64,000 nt of DNA from Fibrobacterales bacterium (GCA_051532035.1 JAOPTW010000014.1:96001-160000); one strand, 5' to 3'; shown: positions 1-11,597, counted from the first letter of the stretch. The notes: generated from the sequence alone by a model not told the origin. Numbers and translations: made by a program.

Positions 1-20
1 CCTTTTAATATGAGGGTTTA

Positions 21-1355
21 ATGGCTGTCACAAAAAATATGAAAAAAGCACTTCCTGGAAAATTTTCAGATCCTACCTGGCTCTACTTGAGCTCTATTGG
101 CAAAGTTCCTCTTTTAACAAAAGAGGAGGAAATTACACTCGCCAAGACAATTAATCAGATTCAAGCTAAAATATGCCTGATTATCTTTGACTCACCAAGC
201 GTTATTCAAACGATCTCTGAACTTTCAGAGCAATTGCATAACCAAGAGTTTAAGATTGAAGATATCTTTCAGCTCCCCTCTGAAGCATGGGGGAATACAA
301 CAAAATACGAAGCGGTTGAAGCACAAGTTTTCGAAACATTTAAAGAGCTTGAAAAACGATATAAAACTTGGCAAAAAAATCATCGGACCTATACCCTTTC
401 CATTGAGCGACAAGAAGACCAAGAAACTATCGATAAAAAAGAAGCCAGAGCCAAGAAGACCTTTAATAAAATTAAAGAACTGACTGTTTCTCTAAAGCTC
501 AATCATAAGCAGACTGATAAACTAATCAATCAGTATAAAACTCAGTGCACCAAGCATAACATTCATCACGAAAAAATGAAACAACTCTCACAATGGGAGA
601 TGATTCGTAACCAAACAAAAGAGCGTCTCATTAACGCCAATGTTCGACTCGTTATTAGTGTTGCCAAAAAGTATATTACCCGAGGCATGGAGCTCATTGA
701 CCTTGTACAAGAGGGAAATACCGGTCTTATTAAAGCGGTCGAAAACTTTGATTATACCAAAGGGTATAAGTTCTCTACCTACTCAACTTGGTGGATTAAA
801 CAAGCAATCACCCGTGCGATATCAGATAAATCAAAAACAATTCGCATACCTTCAAATATGCAAGATGTCGTTCGCAAAGTATTAAAGGCATCACGTCAGC
901 TAGTTCAAGATTACGGCTATGAGCCAACGATTGAAGAACTGGTTAATATGACAGGACTTTCGAGTAAAAAAGTAACCCTCGCACTCGAAATTTCACAAGA
1001 ACCAGTTTCACTTGATAATTTTACTTCAGGTGATAATACCACAACATTTTCAGATTTTCTTGCTGATACGACAACCGAAGCACCGTCCCAGTCCATCAAC
1101 AACGAAATTTTGAAAAACCTCATTCACGAAATTCTCGACTCTCTTGATGATAAAGAGGCAGACATTGTTAAAATGCGATTTGGCATAGACGATGGACGTA
1201 TTAAAACTCTAAAGGAGACAGGAGAGATTTTTAACATTTCACGGGAACGGGTAAGACAAATTGAATCGAAGGCTATTTCTAAATTGAAACATCCAAGTAG
1301 GATGAAGCAACTCATGGAATACTCTTCAAATATTCAAGATCTTAATGTATTTTAG
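21..1355 (+). CDS. rpoD: RpoD-like sigma70 factor lacking region 1.1
   Basis: Region 1.2 ([21 protein letters not shown]), region 2 ([51 protein letters not shown]) and region 4 ([18 protein letters not shown]). In-frame TAA at 6-8 shows the N-terminus is complete. Confidence 0.9.
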   Translation: MAVTKNMKKALPGKFSDPTWLYLSSIGKVPLLTKEEEITLAKTINQIQAKICLIIFDSPSVIQTISELSEQLHNQEFKIEDIFQLPSEAWGNTTKYEAVEAQVFETFKELEKRYKTWQKNHRTYTLSIERQEDQETIDKKEARAKKTFNKIKELTVSLKLNHKQTDKLINQYKTQCTKHNIHHEKMKQLSQWEMIRNQTKERLINANVRLVISVAKKYITRGMELIDLVQEGNTGLIKAVENFDYTKGYKFSTYSTWWIKQAITRAISDKSKTIRIPSNMQDVVRKVLKASRQLVQDYGYEPTIEELVNMTGLSSKKVTLALEISQEPVSLDNFTSGDNTTTFSDFLADTTTEAPSQSINNEILKNLIHEILDSLDDKEADIVKMRFGIDDGRIKTLKETGEIFNISRERVRQIESKAISKLKHPSRMKQLMEYSSNIQDLNVF

Positions 1356-1359
1356 GGGT

Positions 1360-2736
1360 ATGAAATTATTTAGTAATTCATACATAGAACAGTTGCAGTA
1401 CCGTTTGGAAAATAGAGCTTTTTTAGCCAAAATCAAACGGGATCGCAGATCTGTAGCCCAGGCTTTCAAGCCGGACTCAGTCAATATCCCGTTCTATACC
1501 CCCATAAATATTGAAATTCCAGAGCTTGATTTTCAAGCTCCTTTTCAGTTTCTCAGACCCCATGTTTTAAAGTTTTTGATTGCACTTTCTATTATCGCCG
1601 TCGGATATGTATCAGTAATGGTACTCCCCGATATGATCGGATCGGACAGCGTAGTAGAACCCTCAGTAAAGCCTACCGAAACCCCAAAAACACTCACAAA
1701 ACCGATCCCAGCCATTACCAAGACCAAAGAGGTCACACCAACGACCCAAAAAGAAGATGCTGAACCTGTTTCAGTAATTCCCCTTCCCAAACATGCAGTA
1801 CTGGTTATCAAATCGACAAAAGCGCTTCACATTGTAAAGCAGACAAATCAAAAATGGGATATCGTACAAAGTCTCAGTATCGCAACGGGTGAATTTGAAG
1901 GTGACAAACAGGTCGAAGGTGACAAAAAAACGCCTGAAGGCAACTATTTCATAAAAGATGTGCGTACAGGTAAGTCTCAAGGATATCTTTATGGGGCCCT
2001 GGTTTTCAAATTAAATTACCCTAATGAAACTGATGTTAAGAGCGGAAAAACAGGGAGTGGCATCTGGATTCATGGTGTAGAGTTTGGCCTCACTCCTGTT
2101 TACACCAAAGGGTGTATTGCCCTTGCAAACAAAGATGTTGTCAAGCTTGCCCCATACCTTACAGTGGGCACCCCAGTAACCATACTTGCAGAACCGCCGA
2201 AGCAAAAACTCGAAGAGATCTTTTCTATTGCCCGGCTTTCTAAAGAGTACCCAGACATTTACAATAAACATGTCAAAGGTGGGCAAGGGAAAGATCAACT
2301 TGCATCCATTTTTTCACAAGCAAATACATTCTCCCAAAGAGAATCAAACTATCTTACTAAAGAAAAAATTCAATCAACTTCACAAGAAACCTATGATTAC
2401 TTCAGAGAGTTCGTGAGTAAGTGGAAAGCCGCATGGGAGTCCCGCAACGCAAAAGAATATGGCACCTTCTATCACCCTAACTTTGTTGATAATAGAAGCC
2501 GAAATAAAGAGACATTTATAGAGAGAAAAACGATGATTTTTGGCAGTAAGGATTCTATCAGTGTAAAAGTTGAAAGAATCCAAGTGTTCCACAAAAGTGA
2601 CACCCTTATTCAGGTATCATTTTTGCAAGATTACACAGCCTTCACTGGATCACAATCCAAAAATTGGGGCAAGCGCACAAAACACCTCTATTTAAAAAAA
2701 CATAACGATAACTGGTTAATAAATACCGAAAAGTAG
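1360..2736 (+). CDS. L,D-transpeptidase (YkuD) family protein with N-terminal TM anchor and C-terminal NTF2/SnoaL-like domain
   Basis: KQVEGDKKTPEGNY, LNYPN, GSGIWIHG...TKGCIAL catalytic motif; C-terminal WKAAWESRN...FY...F.QDY...K.L pattern. ATG 1360 chosen over 1345. Confidence 0.85.
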   Translation: MKLFSNSYIEQLQYRLENRAFLAKIKRDRRSVAQAFKPDSVNIPFYTPINIEIPELDFQAPFQFLRPHVLKFLIALSIIAVGYVSVMVLPDMIGSDSVVEPSVKPTETPKTLTKPIPAITKTKEVTPTTQKEDAEPVSVIPLPKHAVLVIKSTKALHIVKQTNQKWDIVQSLSIATGEFEGDKQVEGDKKTPEGNYFIKDVRTGKSQGYLYGALVFKLNYPNETDVKSGKTGSGIWIHGVEFGLTPVYTKGCIALANKDVVKLAPYLTVGTPVTILAEPPKQKLEEIFSIARLSKEYPDIYNKHVKGGQGKDQLASIFSQANTFSQRESNYLTKEKIQSTSQETYDYFREFVSKWKAAWESRNAKEYGTFYHPNFVDNRSRNKETFIERKTMIFGSKDSISVKVERIQVFHKSDTLIQVSFLQDYTAFTGSQSKNWGKRTKHLYLKKHNDNWLINTEK

Positions 2737-2744
2737 AAGACGTC

Positions 2745-4937
2745 ATGAGTGATACAAACGATACCAATCAAAATTACGAAGAGCTTACAACAAAAGTTAC
2801 CTCTTTGCAATCCGAAGTTTCGGAGTTACGTGAGCAAAACAAAAACTTGCCCGTTCTCACCCAAAAAATATCCGAGTTTGATGAGACTAATGCGCTGCAA
2901 CTCCGTAACCTTGAAGAAGATTATCGCAGACAAGCTGTTATTGTTAAAGAGCATATGCAAGAAATCACCGAGTCTCTCAATGAGTTCGATGATCAGAAGC
3001 TTGCTATTGAAAAAAATGGTAAACGTGCATCATATATTAAGAACAAGATACATAGTCTAGAACTCCAGAAAAATGTTGTCGACCGCGCCCTCGAAGATGC
3101 CAGTATGCTGAACCGACTCTTGTGGGAAAATAAGAAAAAAATTAAAGAACTGGAATCTGAAAATAAACTCATTACCAAAGCAGATAAAAACATCACTCGT
3201 CTCGATACTATACTCACTCGTATCGAAACCAAATATCCCGAATTAAAAGATGTTGAAAAAGCACTGAGAAACTCAAAACAGTTCATTAATGACCTCAACG
3301 AACTTGAAGCCACTATGGAAGAGAAGTATGAGAACTTCAACACCAGTCGCCAAGTTATAGATGAAACGCTCCAGAAGGCCGATAAGGTTCAGGCCCAAAT
3401 AAGTGAAGTACAAGATTTTACCGGCCGACTCGAAGATCAGAAGAAACATTTTTCGTCAGTTATGAATTCACTGAGTAAATCAGAACTCACTGTACGTGAT
3501 ATCGAAAACCGCATTGTAGAACTCAAAAAATTTGAGACTCAAATTGAATCACTTTCTGAAAAAAGTGAGCATACAGAAGAGAACCTCAAGAGACTCGAAA
3601 ACACCATCAAAGCCTCCCATGAGAAACAGAGTACCATTGATTCTGAACTCGGACGTTTGCAAGAAGTATCAGATGATTTAAATAAACTCGAAGGTCAACT
3701 CGCTTCAATACACGAAGAGAAATCTCATATCCATGAAGTTGAGGAAAAAATTAATGCCCTCATGAACCATGGCAAAGAGGTCGGACACCAAATTGAGTTC
3801 CTTGAAAATGTAAAAAGACAGATTCAAGATCTTACCATAAACCAAGAGAAGGTTAAAAACTCATACGAGAACTCACTTAATAAAATTGAGAAACTCGAAG
3901 AGAAAACAATCCAGTTTGAAGAGCTCCACAAGAAGATAAATCTTGTGGAAAAAGCACACCAACAGATTAAAACCCATATTCTCAAACAAGGTAATGTTAT
4001 CGACACCCTCGATAAACGTACCGCAACACTTAATTCAACTCTTGATGAATTTGCTCTTCGATTTCACGATCTCCAACAACAAGAAGATCGCGCTCATTCA
4101 CTCAATTCACGTCTTCAATATATGGAAAAACTCGAAAAGCAGATCGAAGACAAAATTATGAGTATGAATTCGCAAGATTTAGAACTTTCAAAAAAGAACG
4201 AAAGTCTTATGGAGCAAACCCAACAGCTCAAAGCTCTTACCGAAAGCCTACCTATTCAGTTTGCTAAAAATAAAGATGAATTCAAAGCGATCGAAAAACA
4301 ATTCAGACAGTATACTGACAACTTTGAAGACCTCGAAACTAAAATTGGCAAAAAGCTCGCAACCCTCGATTCAGAAAAAGATGTCATTACCCAACTTGAA
4401 AATAAATTTCACGAGACATCATCAATGGTCGACAAACTCAACATTGATATTGAGACCCTTCAAAAACAGAGAAGTCATATTGAAGAGGCTGATGCACGTA
4501 TTAAACAGCTCGACCTCACAATCGACAAACTCCACAGTAGTATCGATGATATTTCTAATGAGCATAGAGGTATCAGACAGGCACAAGAGTCAATCAATAA
4601 TCTCAGTGAAGTAATCTCGACAACTGATGAGAAAATTTCTCTCATACAGTCAACTCAAGATGAACTTAAAGCTATAGAAAATTCTCATGTTCAAGTCCAA
4701 AACTCCATGGTTCAGCTCGAGCAGAAGATGAAAGAGGTCTCAGTTATGCGCAGCATGCTCAAAGACTCTGAGAAGAAAATGTCTACCTTACAAAATCTCT
4801 TTACCGAAATTCAGTCCGAAACTGAACTTTTGAGTGAAGAAAAAATCCGTATTACCGAGATATCTGAACAAATCGCAAAACTTGAGTATCTTTTAGGCGA
4901 AGCAGATGCAAAGATAAACAACCTAGAAAACGGATAA
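2745..4937 (+). CDS. Long coiled-coil protein of unknown function
   Basis: 730 aa, E/K/Q/L-rich heptad pattern throughout, very few Pro/Gly, no Walker motif, signal peptide or TM segment seen. Confidence 0.75.
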   Translation: MSDTNDTNQNYEELTTKVTSLQSEVSELREQNKNLPVLTQKISEFDETNALQLRNLEEDYRRQAVIVKEHMQEITESLNEFDDQKLAIEKNGKRASYIKNKIHSLELQKNVVDRALEDASMLNRLLWENKKKIKELESENKLITKADKNITRLDTILTRIETKYPELKDVEKALRNSKQFINDLNELEATMEEKYENFNTSRQVIDETLQKADKVQAQISEVQDFTGRLEDQKKHFSSVMNSLSKSELTVRDIENRIVELKKFETQIESLSEKSEHTEENLKRLENTIKASHEKQSTIDSELGRLQEVSDDLNKLEGQLASIHEEKSHIHEVEEKINALMNHGKEVGHQIEFLENVKRQIQDLTINQEKVKNSYENSLNKIEKLEEKTIQFEELHKKINLVEKAHQQIKTHILKQGNVIDTLDKRTATLNSTLDEFALRFHDLQQQEDRAHSLNSRLQYMEKLEKQIEDKIMSMNSQDLELSKKNESLMEQTQQLKALTESLPIQFAKNKDEFKAIEKQFRQYTDNFEDLETKIGKKLATLDSEKDVITQLENKFHETSSMVDKLNIDIETLQKQRSHIEEADARIKQLDLTIDKLHSSIDDISNEHRGIRQAQESINNLSEVISTTDEKISLIQSTQDELKAIENSHVQVQNSMVQLEQKMKEVSVMRSMLKDSEKKMSTLQNLFTEIQSETELLSEEKIRITEISEQIAKLEYLLGEADAKINNLENG

Positions 4938-4938
4938 T

Positions 4939-7083
4939 ATGACCTCAGTACCGCGCCCATCAATAATTCAGGATAGTGAAATAACCCGTGAACACCTCCT
5001 GAGCTACATCCAAAAAAAAAATAACGCGGTAGATCTTGAGCAGATCGGCAAAGCCATCATATTTTCAATTGAAGCCCATGCAAACCAATTTCGCAAAAGT
5101 GGCATGCCCTATGCAGAGCATCCTATTGAAGTGGCAAAAATTCTTGCAGATTACCAGGTAGATACCGCTACCATCATTGCAGGTCTTCTTCATGATGTTA
5201 TTGAAGATACCTCTTTTACCTTTAATGATATTAAAGAAAAATTCGATTACGAAATAGCCTTTATGGTTGATGCGGTTACTAAAATTTCGGCCCTCCAAGA
5301 GAAATCTCGCATCGATAGAAAAGCCGAAACCTATCGTAAACTCCTTCTCTCCATGGCCAAAGATACACGGGTGATCATGATTAAGTTTGCCGACCGGCTT
5401 CATAACATGCGCACCCTCACCTATGTGCCTTCTGACAAAAAGAAGACTATTGCAACTGAGACCCTCGAAGTGTATGCACCTCTTGCCCACCGTTTTGGTC
5501 TTAATAAAATAAAATCCGAACTTGAAGACCTCTCATTTAAATACCTAAACCCCGATCAATACAACTTTTTAATTCAATGTTTCTTTGAAGATAAAGATGA
5601 GCGTGAGAAATATATTAAACATGTGGTCGAAACACTCCAGCTAAAGCTCAATGCTGAGGCCATTCCCGCCACTGTACAAGGTCGTCCTAAAAACCTCTAT
5701 TCGATTCACAAAAAAATGTCGAGTCGTGGCTGTTCCTTTGATGAAATTTTCGACCTTTTCGCCATTAGAATAATTGTAGATGACCCTAATAGCTGTTATT
5801 CAGTACTTGGCCATGTACACAACCTTTGGCGCCCTCTTCAATCACGTTTCAAAGACTTTATTGCACTTCCAAAATCCAACCTCTACCAATCACTGCACAC
5901 AACCGTTGTAGGGCCTGCAGAAAAACTGATAGAAATCCAACTCCGTACCAAGGAGATGGACACTGTCTCAGAACGTGGTTTCGCCGCACACTGGTCCTAT
6001 AAAGAGATCAATGATTCTTCTCATCACATTGACTGGCTCGACCAGATGGTGAATATTCAGAAAGAGATCTCCGATTCAAGTGAATTCCTCGAATTTTTTA
6101 GAATAGACCTTAAACCAAAAGAGCTTATAGTATACACCCCAAAAGGTGATACCATATCACTCCCCGACGGTGCTACCGTTCTTGATTTTGCATTTGCAAT
6201 TCATACCAATATTGGTTCACACTGTATTGGCGCCAAAATTGATGAGCAATTTGTGAATATCGACCATGTCCTCGTCTATGGTAACAGAATAAACATTATT
6301 AAGAGTGAGCATCAACAGCCTACTCTTGACTGGCTCAACGTCTGCAAAACGCACAAAGCAAAAGCGGCAGTTCGCAAATGGCACAGAAAATTTGAAAACT
6401 CCCAGATTGTCAATCTCGGAAAAGCAATTCTCAAACGCGAATACAAACACCTTAAAATAATTAAGGAGCACCAGTTAAAGCTTTTCGATTTTAACAACGA
6501 ATTTGGAATGCATAAAACATGGGACGCTTTTTTCCACCGACTCGGCACCGGTGACATATCAATTCACCACCTTGGTAGATACCTCAGTCAACACTACATG
6601 ACTGGTCCAGAAGAAAGTAAATCACTCGTAACGACTCCAGAACAGTATTTTATGGTGAGCAAACAGAGCAATATGATGATCTCATTTCCTAAATGCTGTC
6701 ATCCACTACCAGGAGATGATATCGTTGGATACCTCTCACATGGCACCGGTATTATAATCCACAAAGTGTCGTGCAGTAAAGCTGATAATGTGCGAGAGAA
6801 TGAAAATTTTATACCCGTACAATGGGATAGTACTTCCGATGTTAACTACGATGTGCGCTTAGAAGTTCTTGCTAACAATCGCAACCAACTACTCGACCAA
6901 ATAACCACTGTATTCTCTAAACATTCCGGTATTGCAATTGACCGAGCTTCTGTCGTAACGGCAGGAACCCAAGCACGGAATCGTTTCCGACTCAAGGTAA
7001 AAGATCTCTATCAACTAAAAGAGGTGATGGACGACATTAAAAACATACCGGGTGTACTTAAAGTATACCGTAACGAAAGGTAG
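4939..7083 (+). CDS. spoT: Bifunctional (p)ppGpp synthetase/hydrolase (long RSH)
   Basis: HD domain (QFRKSGMPYAEHP, LLHDVIEDT, ADRLHNMRTL), synthetase (GRPKNLYSI, YQSLHT, EIQLRT), TGS (YTPKGD..LP.GAT.LDFAFAIHT), CCHPLPGD, C-terminal ACT. Confidence 0.95.
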   Translation: MTSVPRPSIIQDSEITREHLLSYIQKKNNAVDLEQIGKAIIFSIEAHANQFRKSGMPYAEHPIEVAKILADYQVDTATIIAGLLHDVIEDTSFTFNDIKEKFDYEIAFMVDAVTKISALQEKSRIDRKAETYRKLLLSMAKDTRVIMIKFADRLHNMRTLTYVPSDKKKTIATETLEVYAPLAHRFGLNKIKSELEDLSFKYLNPDQYNFLIQCFFEDKDEREKYIKHVVETLQLKLNAEAIPATVQGRPKNLYSIHKKMSSRGCSFDEIFDLFAIRIIVDDPNSCYSVLGHVHNLWRPLQSRFKDFIALPKSNLYQSLHTTVVGPAEKLIEIQLRTKEMDTVSERGFAAHWSYKEINDSSHHIDWLDQMVNIQKEISDSSEFLEFFRIDLKPKELIVYTPKGDTISLPDGATVLDFAFAIHTNIGSHCIGAKIDEQFVNIDHVLVYGNRINIIKSEHQQPTLDWLNVCKTHKAKAAVRKWHRKFENSQIVNLGKAILKREYKHLKIIKEHQLKLFDFNNEFGMHKTWDAFFHRLGTGDISIHHLGRYLSQHYMTGPEESKSLVTTPEQYFMVSKQSNMMISFPKCCHPLPGDDIVGYLSHGTGIIIHKVSCSKADNVRENENFIPVQWDSTSDVNYDVRLEVLANNRNQLLDQITTVFSKHSGIAIDRASVVTAGTQARNRFRLKVKDLYQLKEVMDDIKNIPGVLKVYRNER

Positions 7084-7089
7084 TACCCG

Positions 7090-7656
7090 ATGGATTCAAT
7101 TATTCAAAACAGAAGATTTGCATGCCTCCAACGTAATGCCGCATACGAAAAGGTGCTCACTTTTCTCAAGCAGTTTCATCTTAATAACCCTTGTAATACC
7201 TCTGAAGAGTGTCGTGAGATTTCGGATCTCAATGCAATCCTAAAGCTCCTTGACACCTGTATTCGCTTTTCAAAAGATGCAATCTGGGGTATAGATCGTG
7301 AACAAATCCAACACTATAGAGAAAACCAAAACTATGGGGTTCTACAAGAAGAGATCTTCTTTATTAAATATCTCAACGAAATTAAAAATTCAATTGAATA
7401 TGAACGTTGCCGTCTTGAAACCGACCTTGAGCTTGATGGCTATATTGCAGACCTAGACAAGCTACGAACTCCTGGTCAAGAACGCGGGTATGTTGAAGAC
7501 ATTCAAGAATATACCACCCAACTCAAAGATATTAATCTCGACTATTTTGAAAAAATAGCTCAGGTTGGCACCCCAATTGACAGCCGTTATAAACTCGGTA
7601 GAATTCTCTTTAGTGTCATCAAAGAGAACCCCAAAAAGCTCTATGAAGAAATGTAA
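7090..7656 (+). CDS. Hypothetical cytoplasmic protein
   Basis: 188-aa ORF starting 6 bp after the RSH gene on the same strand; no motif recognised. Confidence 0.65.
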   Translation: MDSIIQNRRFACLQRNAAYEKVLTFLKQFHLNNPCNTSEECREISDLNAILKLLDTCIRFSKDAIWGIDREQIQHYRENQNYGVLQEEIFFIKYLNEIKNSIEYERCRLETDLELDGYIADLDKLRTPGQERGYVEDIQEYTTQLKDINLDYFEKIAQVGTPIDSRYKLGRILFSVIKENPKKLYEEM

Positions 7657-7870
7657 TGCTCATTATTTACATGAGATTACACCCTCCCAAATTTTGGTAA
7701 TTTGGACCTTTTTTACCATTTAAGAGCTTCTCTTCCATACAATCACAAATACTATAACACTACATTGCCCATCTCGGTAGCTAATTGAAGCTATCGGGTT
7801 GCAATTTATGCCTCATTTTTTAAATTTAGCGCCAATTCAAACAAAAATTAAACCTAAAATCGAGAAGCTT

Positions 7871-9955
7871 ATGAGACCTCTAGAAAAGCAAAGGAATATA
7901 GGCATTAGTGCACATATTGACTCTGGTAAAACAACACTAACAGAACGTATTCTGTACTACACTGACAAAATTCATGCTATCCACGAAGTTCGTGGTAAAG
8001 ATGGTGTTGGCGCAGTTATGGATAACATGGAGCTCGAAAGAGAGCGTGGTATTACCATCGCTTCTGCAGCAACCTATTGTCAGTGGAAAGAAAACCCTAT
8101 CAACATTATTGATACTCCGGGTCACGTTGACTTTACTATCGAAGTAGAGCGTTCTTTACGTGTACTTGACGGTGGTATCATGGTACTTTGTGGTGTTTCG
8201 GGTGTACAATCTCAGTCAATTACTGTTGACCGTCAAATGAAACGTTATAACGTTCCACGTGTCGCTTTTATTAATAAGCTTGACCGTTCAGGAGCTGACC
8301 CAGAAAAAGTAACTGAGCAACTTCGTGAAAAGCTTAATCTTAATGCTGTTCAAGTTCAATCTACAATCGGCCTAGAAGACAAACTTACTGGTGTTCTTGA
8401 TCTTGTTAAAATGAGAGCATTCTATTTTGAAGGTGAAGAGGGTAAAGAAGTTCGCGAAGACGAAATTCCTGCTGATCTTCTTCAAAAAGCAAAAGATATG
8501 AGAGAGAACCTTCTTGACGAAATTTCTCACTTTTCTGATGACATCATGGAACTTATGATGGAAGAACAGGAAGTTCCTGAAGATCTTCTCATTGCAACAA
8601 TCCGTAAAGCTACTCTTGCACTCAGCTTTGTACCAGTATTCTGTGGTTCTGCATACAAAAATGTTGGTGTACAAAAACTTCTTGATGGCGTGAATGATTA
8701 TCTTCCGAATCCATACGATGTTGAAAACAAAGCACTCGACATCGACGATAATGAGAAAGAGATTATTCTTGAGTCAGATGCTGATGCTTCATTTGTTGCA
8801 TACGCATTTAAACTTGAAGATGGCCGTTTTGGTCAACTTTCATACCTCCGTGTGTACCAAGGTACACTCAAAAAAGGTATGACTATTTTCAACCAAACTA
8901 CTGGTAAGAAAAATAATGTTGGGCGTCTTGTTCGTATGCACTCTGATGATATGGAAGAGATCTCTGAAGCAAAAGCTGGTGATATCGTAGCTATCTTCGG
9001 TATTGACTGCGCAACTGGTACTACTTTTACTGATGGTAAATTAAACGTGAACATGACTTCTATGCACGTACCAAACCCAGTAATCGAACTTGTTATCGAA
9101 TGTCAAAATCGTGATGCTATGGCGAGCCTTTCAAAAGGTCTTAATCGTTTTACTAAAGAAGATCCAACATTCCAAGTGTATGTTGACAATGAATCTGGTC
9201 AAACAATCATCAAAGGTATGGGTGAGCTTCACCTTGAAGTTTACATCGAACGTCTTAAACGTGAATTTGGTGTAGAGCTTACAACCGGTAAACCTCAGGT
9301 TGCATTCAGAGAAACTATTGCTATTGCAACTACTTTTGATTACACGCACAAAAAACAAACAGGTGGTTCTGGACAATTTGCGAAAGTTGTTGGTAAAATG
9401 ATCCCTCTCGACCTTGAAGAATCTGAAGAGAACTATGTCTTCCAATCAAACATTGTTGGTGGTAACATTCCTAAAGAATTCATTCCTGCGTGTGATAAAG
9501 GATTTAAATCATGCATGGATGCCGGTAGCTTGATTGGCTTCCCTGTTCTTGGTGTTAAAATTGAACTTGACGATGGTGCATACCATGACGTGGATTCATC
9601 AGACATGGCTTTCCAAGTCTGTTCACGTTCTGCATTCCGTCAGGCATACGAAAGAGCACAACCATCAATTCTTGAGCCTATCATGAAAGTTGAAGTTGAA
9701 ACCCCAACAGAGTTCCAAGGTACTATTCTTGGTAACATCAATCAACGTCGTGGAATGATCCAAGGGTCTACCGAAGATGGTAATTTTACTATCGTTACCG
9801 CTGAAGTTCCCCTTTCTGAAATGTTTGGTTACGCAACTGAGTTGAGATCACAATCTCAAGGTAAAGCTGAATTCTCAATGGAATTTGCTAAATACGCTCG
9901 CGTACCAAAAAGTGTTTCTGAAGATCTTATGGCTGAACACAAATCTGGAAAATAA
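7871..9955 (+). CDS. fusA: Elongation factor G
   Basis: [70 protein letters not shown] 7871 taken as start. Confidence 0.97.
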   Translation: MRPLEKQRNIGISAHIDSGKTTLTERILYYTDKIHAIHEVRGKDGVGAVMDNMELERERGITIASAATYCQWKENPINIIDTPGHVDFTIEVERSLRVLDGGIMVLCGVSGVQSQSITVDRQMKRYNVPRVAFINKLDRSGADPEKVTEQLREKLNLNAVQVQSTIGLEDKLTGVLDLVKMRAFYFEGEEGKEVREDEIPADLLQKAKDMRENLLDEISHFSDDIMELMMEEQEVPEDLLIATIRKATLALSFVPVFCGSAYKNVGVQKLLDGVNDYLPNPYDVENKALDIDDNEKEIILESDADASFVAYAFKLEDGRFGQLSYLRVYQGTLKKGMTIFNQTTGKKNNVGRLVRMHSDDMEEISEAKAGDIVAIFGIDCATGTTFTDGKLNVNMTSMHVPNPVIELVIECQNRDAMASLSKGLNRFTKEDPTFQVYVDNESGQTIIKGMGELHLEVYIERLKREFGVELTTGKPQVAFRETIAIATTFDYTHKKQTGGSGQFAKVVGKMIPLDLEESEENYVFQSNIVGGNIPKEFIPACDKGFKSCMDAGSLIGFPVLGVKIELDDGAYHDVDSSDMAFQVCSRSAFRQAYERAQPSILEPIMKVEVETPTEFQGTILGNINQRRGMIQGSTEDGNFTIVTAEVPLSEMFGYATELRSQSQGKAEFSMEFAKYARVPKSVSEDLMAEHKSGK

Positions 9956-9982
9956 TACATTTACCGTAACGGTGACGATTAT

Positions 9983-10015
9983 AAAAAGGTCGAGCGCAAT
10001 GCTCGGCCTTTTTTT
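9983..10015 (+). terminator. Intrinsic terminator after fusA
   Basis: aaaaaggtcgagc-gcaat-gctcggcctttttt hairpin with T tract. Confidence 0.85.
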
Positions 10016-10132
10016 GTACCCTCAACTCAATATCATTACAAAAAGTATATCTCTGTAATTTATCATTTTCTCCATTTTCAGCTGTGTAATTTGTTGTTAT
10101 ACTAGTAGTGAACTAATATAAGGAATTACCCC

Positions 10133-10684
10133 ATGGCAAAAGCACTCATAATAGTATCAGATGGCGCAGAAGAGACCGAACTCTATGCGGTAGCCGACAT
10201 CCTTGTAAGAGCCGATGTTGATGTAACAATTGCTGGGGTTGAAGCACTCATTTTCAAAGGGAGTAGAGGCCTTCCTGTGGGGGCTGAGGTGATTTTTAGC
10301 AAAATCATCAACGAGACGTACGACCTTATCTATCTCCCAGGAGGAGCCGGCCAAGCCGCTACAATGCAAGACAATCGCATGGTACAGGATAAGATCACCG
10401 AGCAAATGGAAGCTGGGCGACTGCTTGCTATTATTTGTGCAAGCCCCCTTGCCCTCATCACCAATCAACTTGCTAAAGATAAAGTGGTTACCTCCTTCCC
10501 TACCTACAAAGATGAGCTCACGCCGCATGTTAAAGAGTGGGTCAATAAACGAGTAGTAGTTTCGGACAATCTCATCACCTCACAAGGGCCAGGCACAGCA
10601 ATAGAACTTGGCCTCAAACTTACTGAGATCCTTGCGGGTTCAGACAAGCGAGATGAGGTTGCTCATAGCTTTTTAGTGGGATAA
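10133..10684 (+). CDS. DJ-1/PfpI (YajL/ThiJ-like) family protein
   Basis: DGAEETE, YDLIYLPGG, AIICASP nucleophile Cys, NLITSQGPGTA. Confidence 0.9.
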   Translation: MAKALIIVSDGAEETELYAVADILVRADVDVTIAGVEALIFKGSRGLPVGAEVIFSKIINETYDLIYLPGGAGQAATMQDNRMVQDKITEQMEAGRLLAIICASPLALITNQLAKDKVVTSFPTYKDELTPHVKEWVNKRVVVSDNLITSQGPGTAIELGLKLTEILAGSDKRDEVAHSFLVG

Positions 10685-10774
10685 ACCCCTTCCAAAATCT
10701 CGTGTTTTTCAGCATTTTTTCCCTAATTTTTCCATTTCTGTAATCATCTAAGCAAATACAACTATTTATCTTTC

Positions 10775-10801
10775 TAATGTCTACCAATATAGTAGACATT
10801 A
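10775..10801. promoter_or_regulatory. Candidate Rrf2-family (IscR/SufR-type) operator upstream of nfu-suf operon
   Basis: Perfect 10-7-10 inverted repeat TAATGTCTAC-caatata-GTAGACATTA about 40 bp before the first gene of the Fe-S operon. Confidence 0.65.
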
Positions 10802-10840
10802 ACTATATTATAGGAAACACAATCAGATAATGCGGATTTT

Positions 10841-11596
10841 ATGGATTTTTCACAGAGAATTGTAGAGCGGAGTAAGTCTCCTATGCACAGAGGTGCAATA
10901 TTTCAAGTTGAAGCCGATGAAAAAGGGCTTATATTAGTCGAAGCTAAAGAGTCGAGCCTCAAAATTTACTTGAGTGTAGACCCTGAGACTGACAAAATAC
11001 TTGAATCAAAGTTTTTTACCTATGGCGGCCCTTCCTACACTGCCATTGCAGATGTTTTTTGTCATCTCTTAGAAAACCTCTCTATCGAAGAGGCGACTCA
11101 TATTACACCACAAGAGATTGAAGCGCTTCTGAGAGATGATCCAGATGCTCCAGCTCTTATTGACGGATCTCCTGAACTTTCCCTTATAGAGCCCATCAAA
11201 AATATTGTTGCTACTGTGTATCCTGGAAGAAAAGAGGATGCTAAAAATAGGCACGAGATACGCAAGGTTCATGTAAATGCGAATGGAAAATCTGCTTTTG
11301 AAGTTAAGACTGACGCTGATAAAGAGTGGGTTTCCCTTTCTAAAGAAGAAAAGATTACACGAATCGATAAATGCCTTGATGAACATGTTCGCGCAGGCCT
11401 CCAAATGGATGGTGGTGACGTTAAGATTCTCGATATCGAGAACGATGTAAAAGTACTGGTTGAATACGAAGGTGCTTGTGGCTCATGCGGTGCTGCAAGT
11501 GGTGGTACACTCTTTTTTATGGAAGATCAAGTTAAACGCCACGTATTTCACGGCCTCAGAGTGGAACCACAAGGCCTTTTTGATGGAATGATGTAA
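10841..11596 (+). CDS. NifU/Nfu-type Fe-S carrier: degenerate IscU-like N-domain plus Nfu C-domain
   Basis: C-terminal [12 protein letters not shown]...YEGACGSC (CxxC); N-terminal LKIYLSVD...[10 protein letters not shown] resembles the IscU fold but lacks the usual Cys ligands. Confidence 0.8.
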   Translation: MDFSQRIVERSKSPMHRGAIFQVEADEKGLILVEAKESSLKIYLSVDPETDKILESKFFTYGGPSYTAIADVFCHLLENLSIEEATHITPQEIEALLRDDPDAPALIDGSPELSLIEPIKNIVATVYPGRKEDAKNRHEIRKVHVNANGKSAFEVKTDADKEWVSLSKEEKITRIDKCLDEHVRAGLQMDGGDVKILDIENDVKVLVEYEGACGSCGAASGGTLFFMEDQVKRHVFHGLRVEPQGLFDGMM

Positions 11597-11597
11597 T

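Noticed and set aside
2745..4937. Calling the coiled-coil protein SMC or a chemoreceptor
   Set aside because: No Walker A/B, hinge, TM segment or MCP hairpin signature is visible.
7695..7718. tggtaa...ttacca dyad, also at 53721-53746
   Set aside because: Spacers differ (12 versus 14 bp) and the arms are short and AT-rich.
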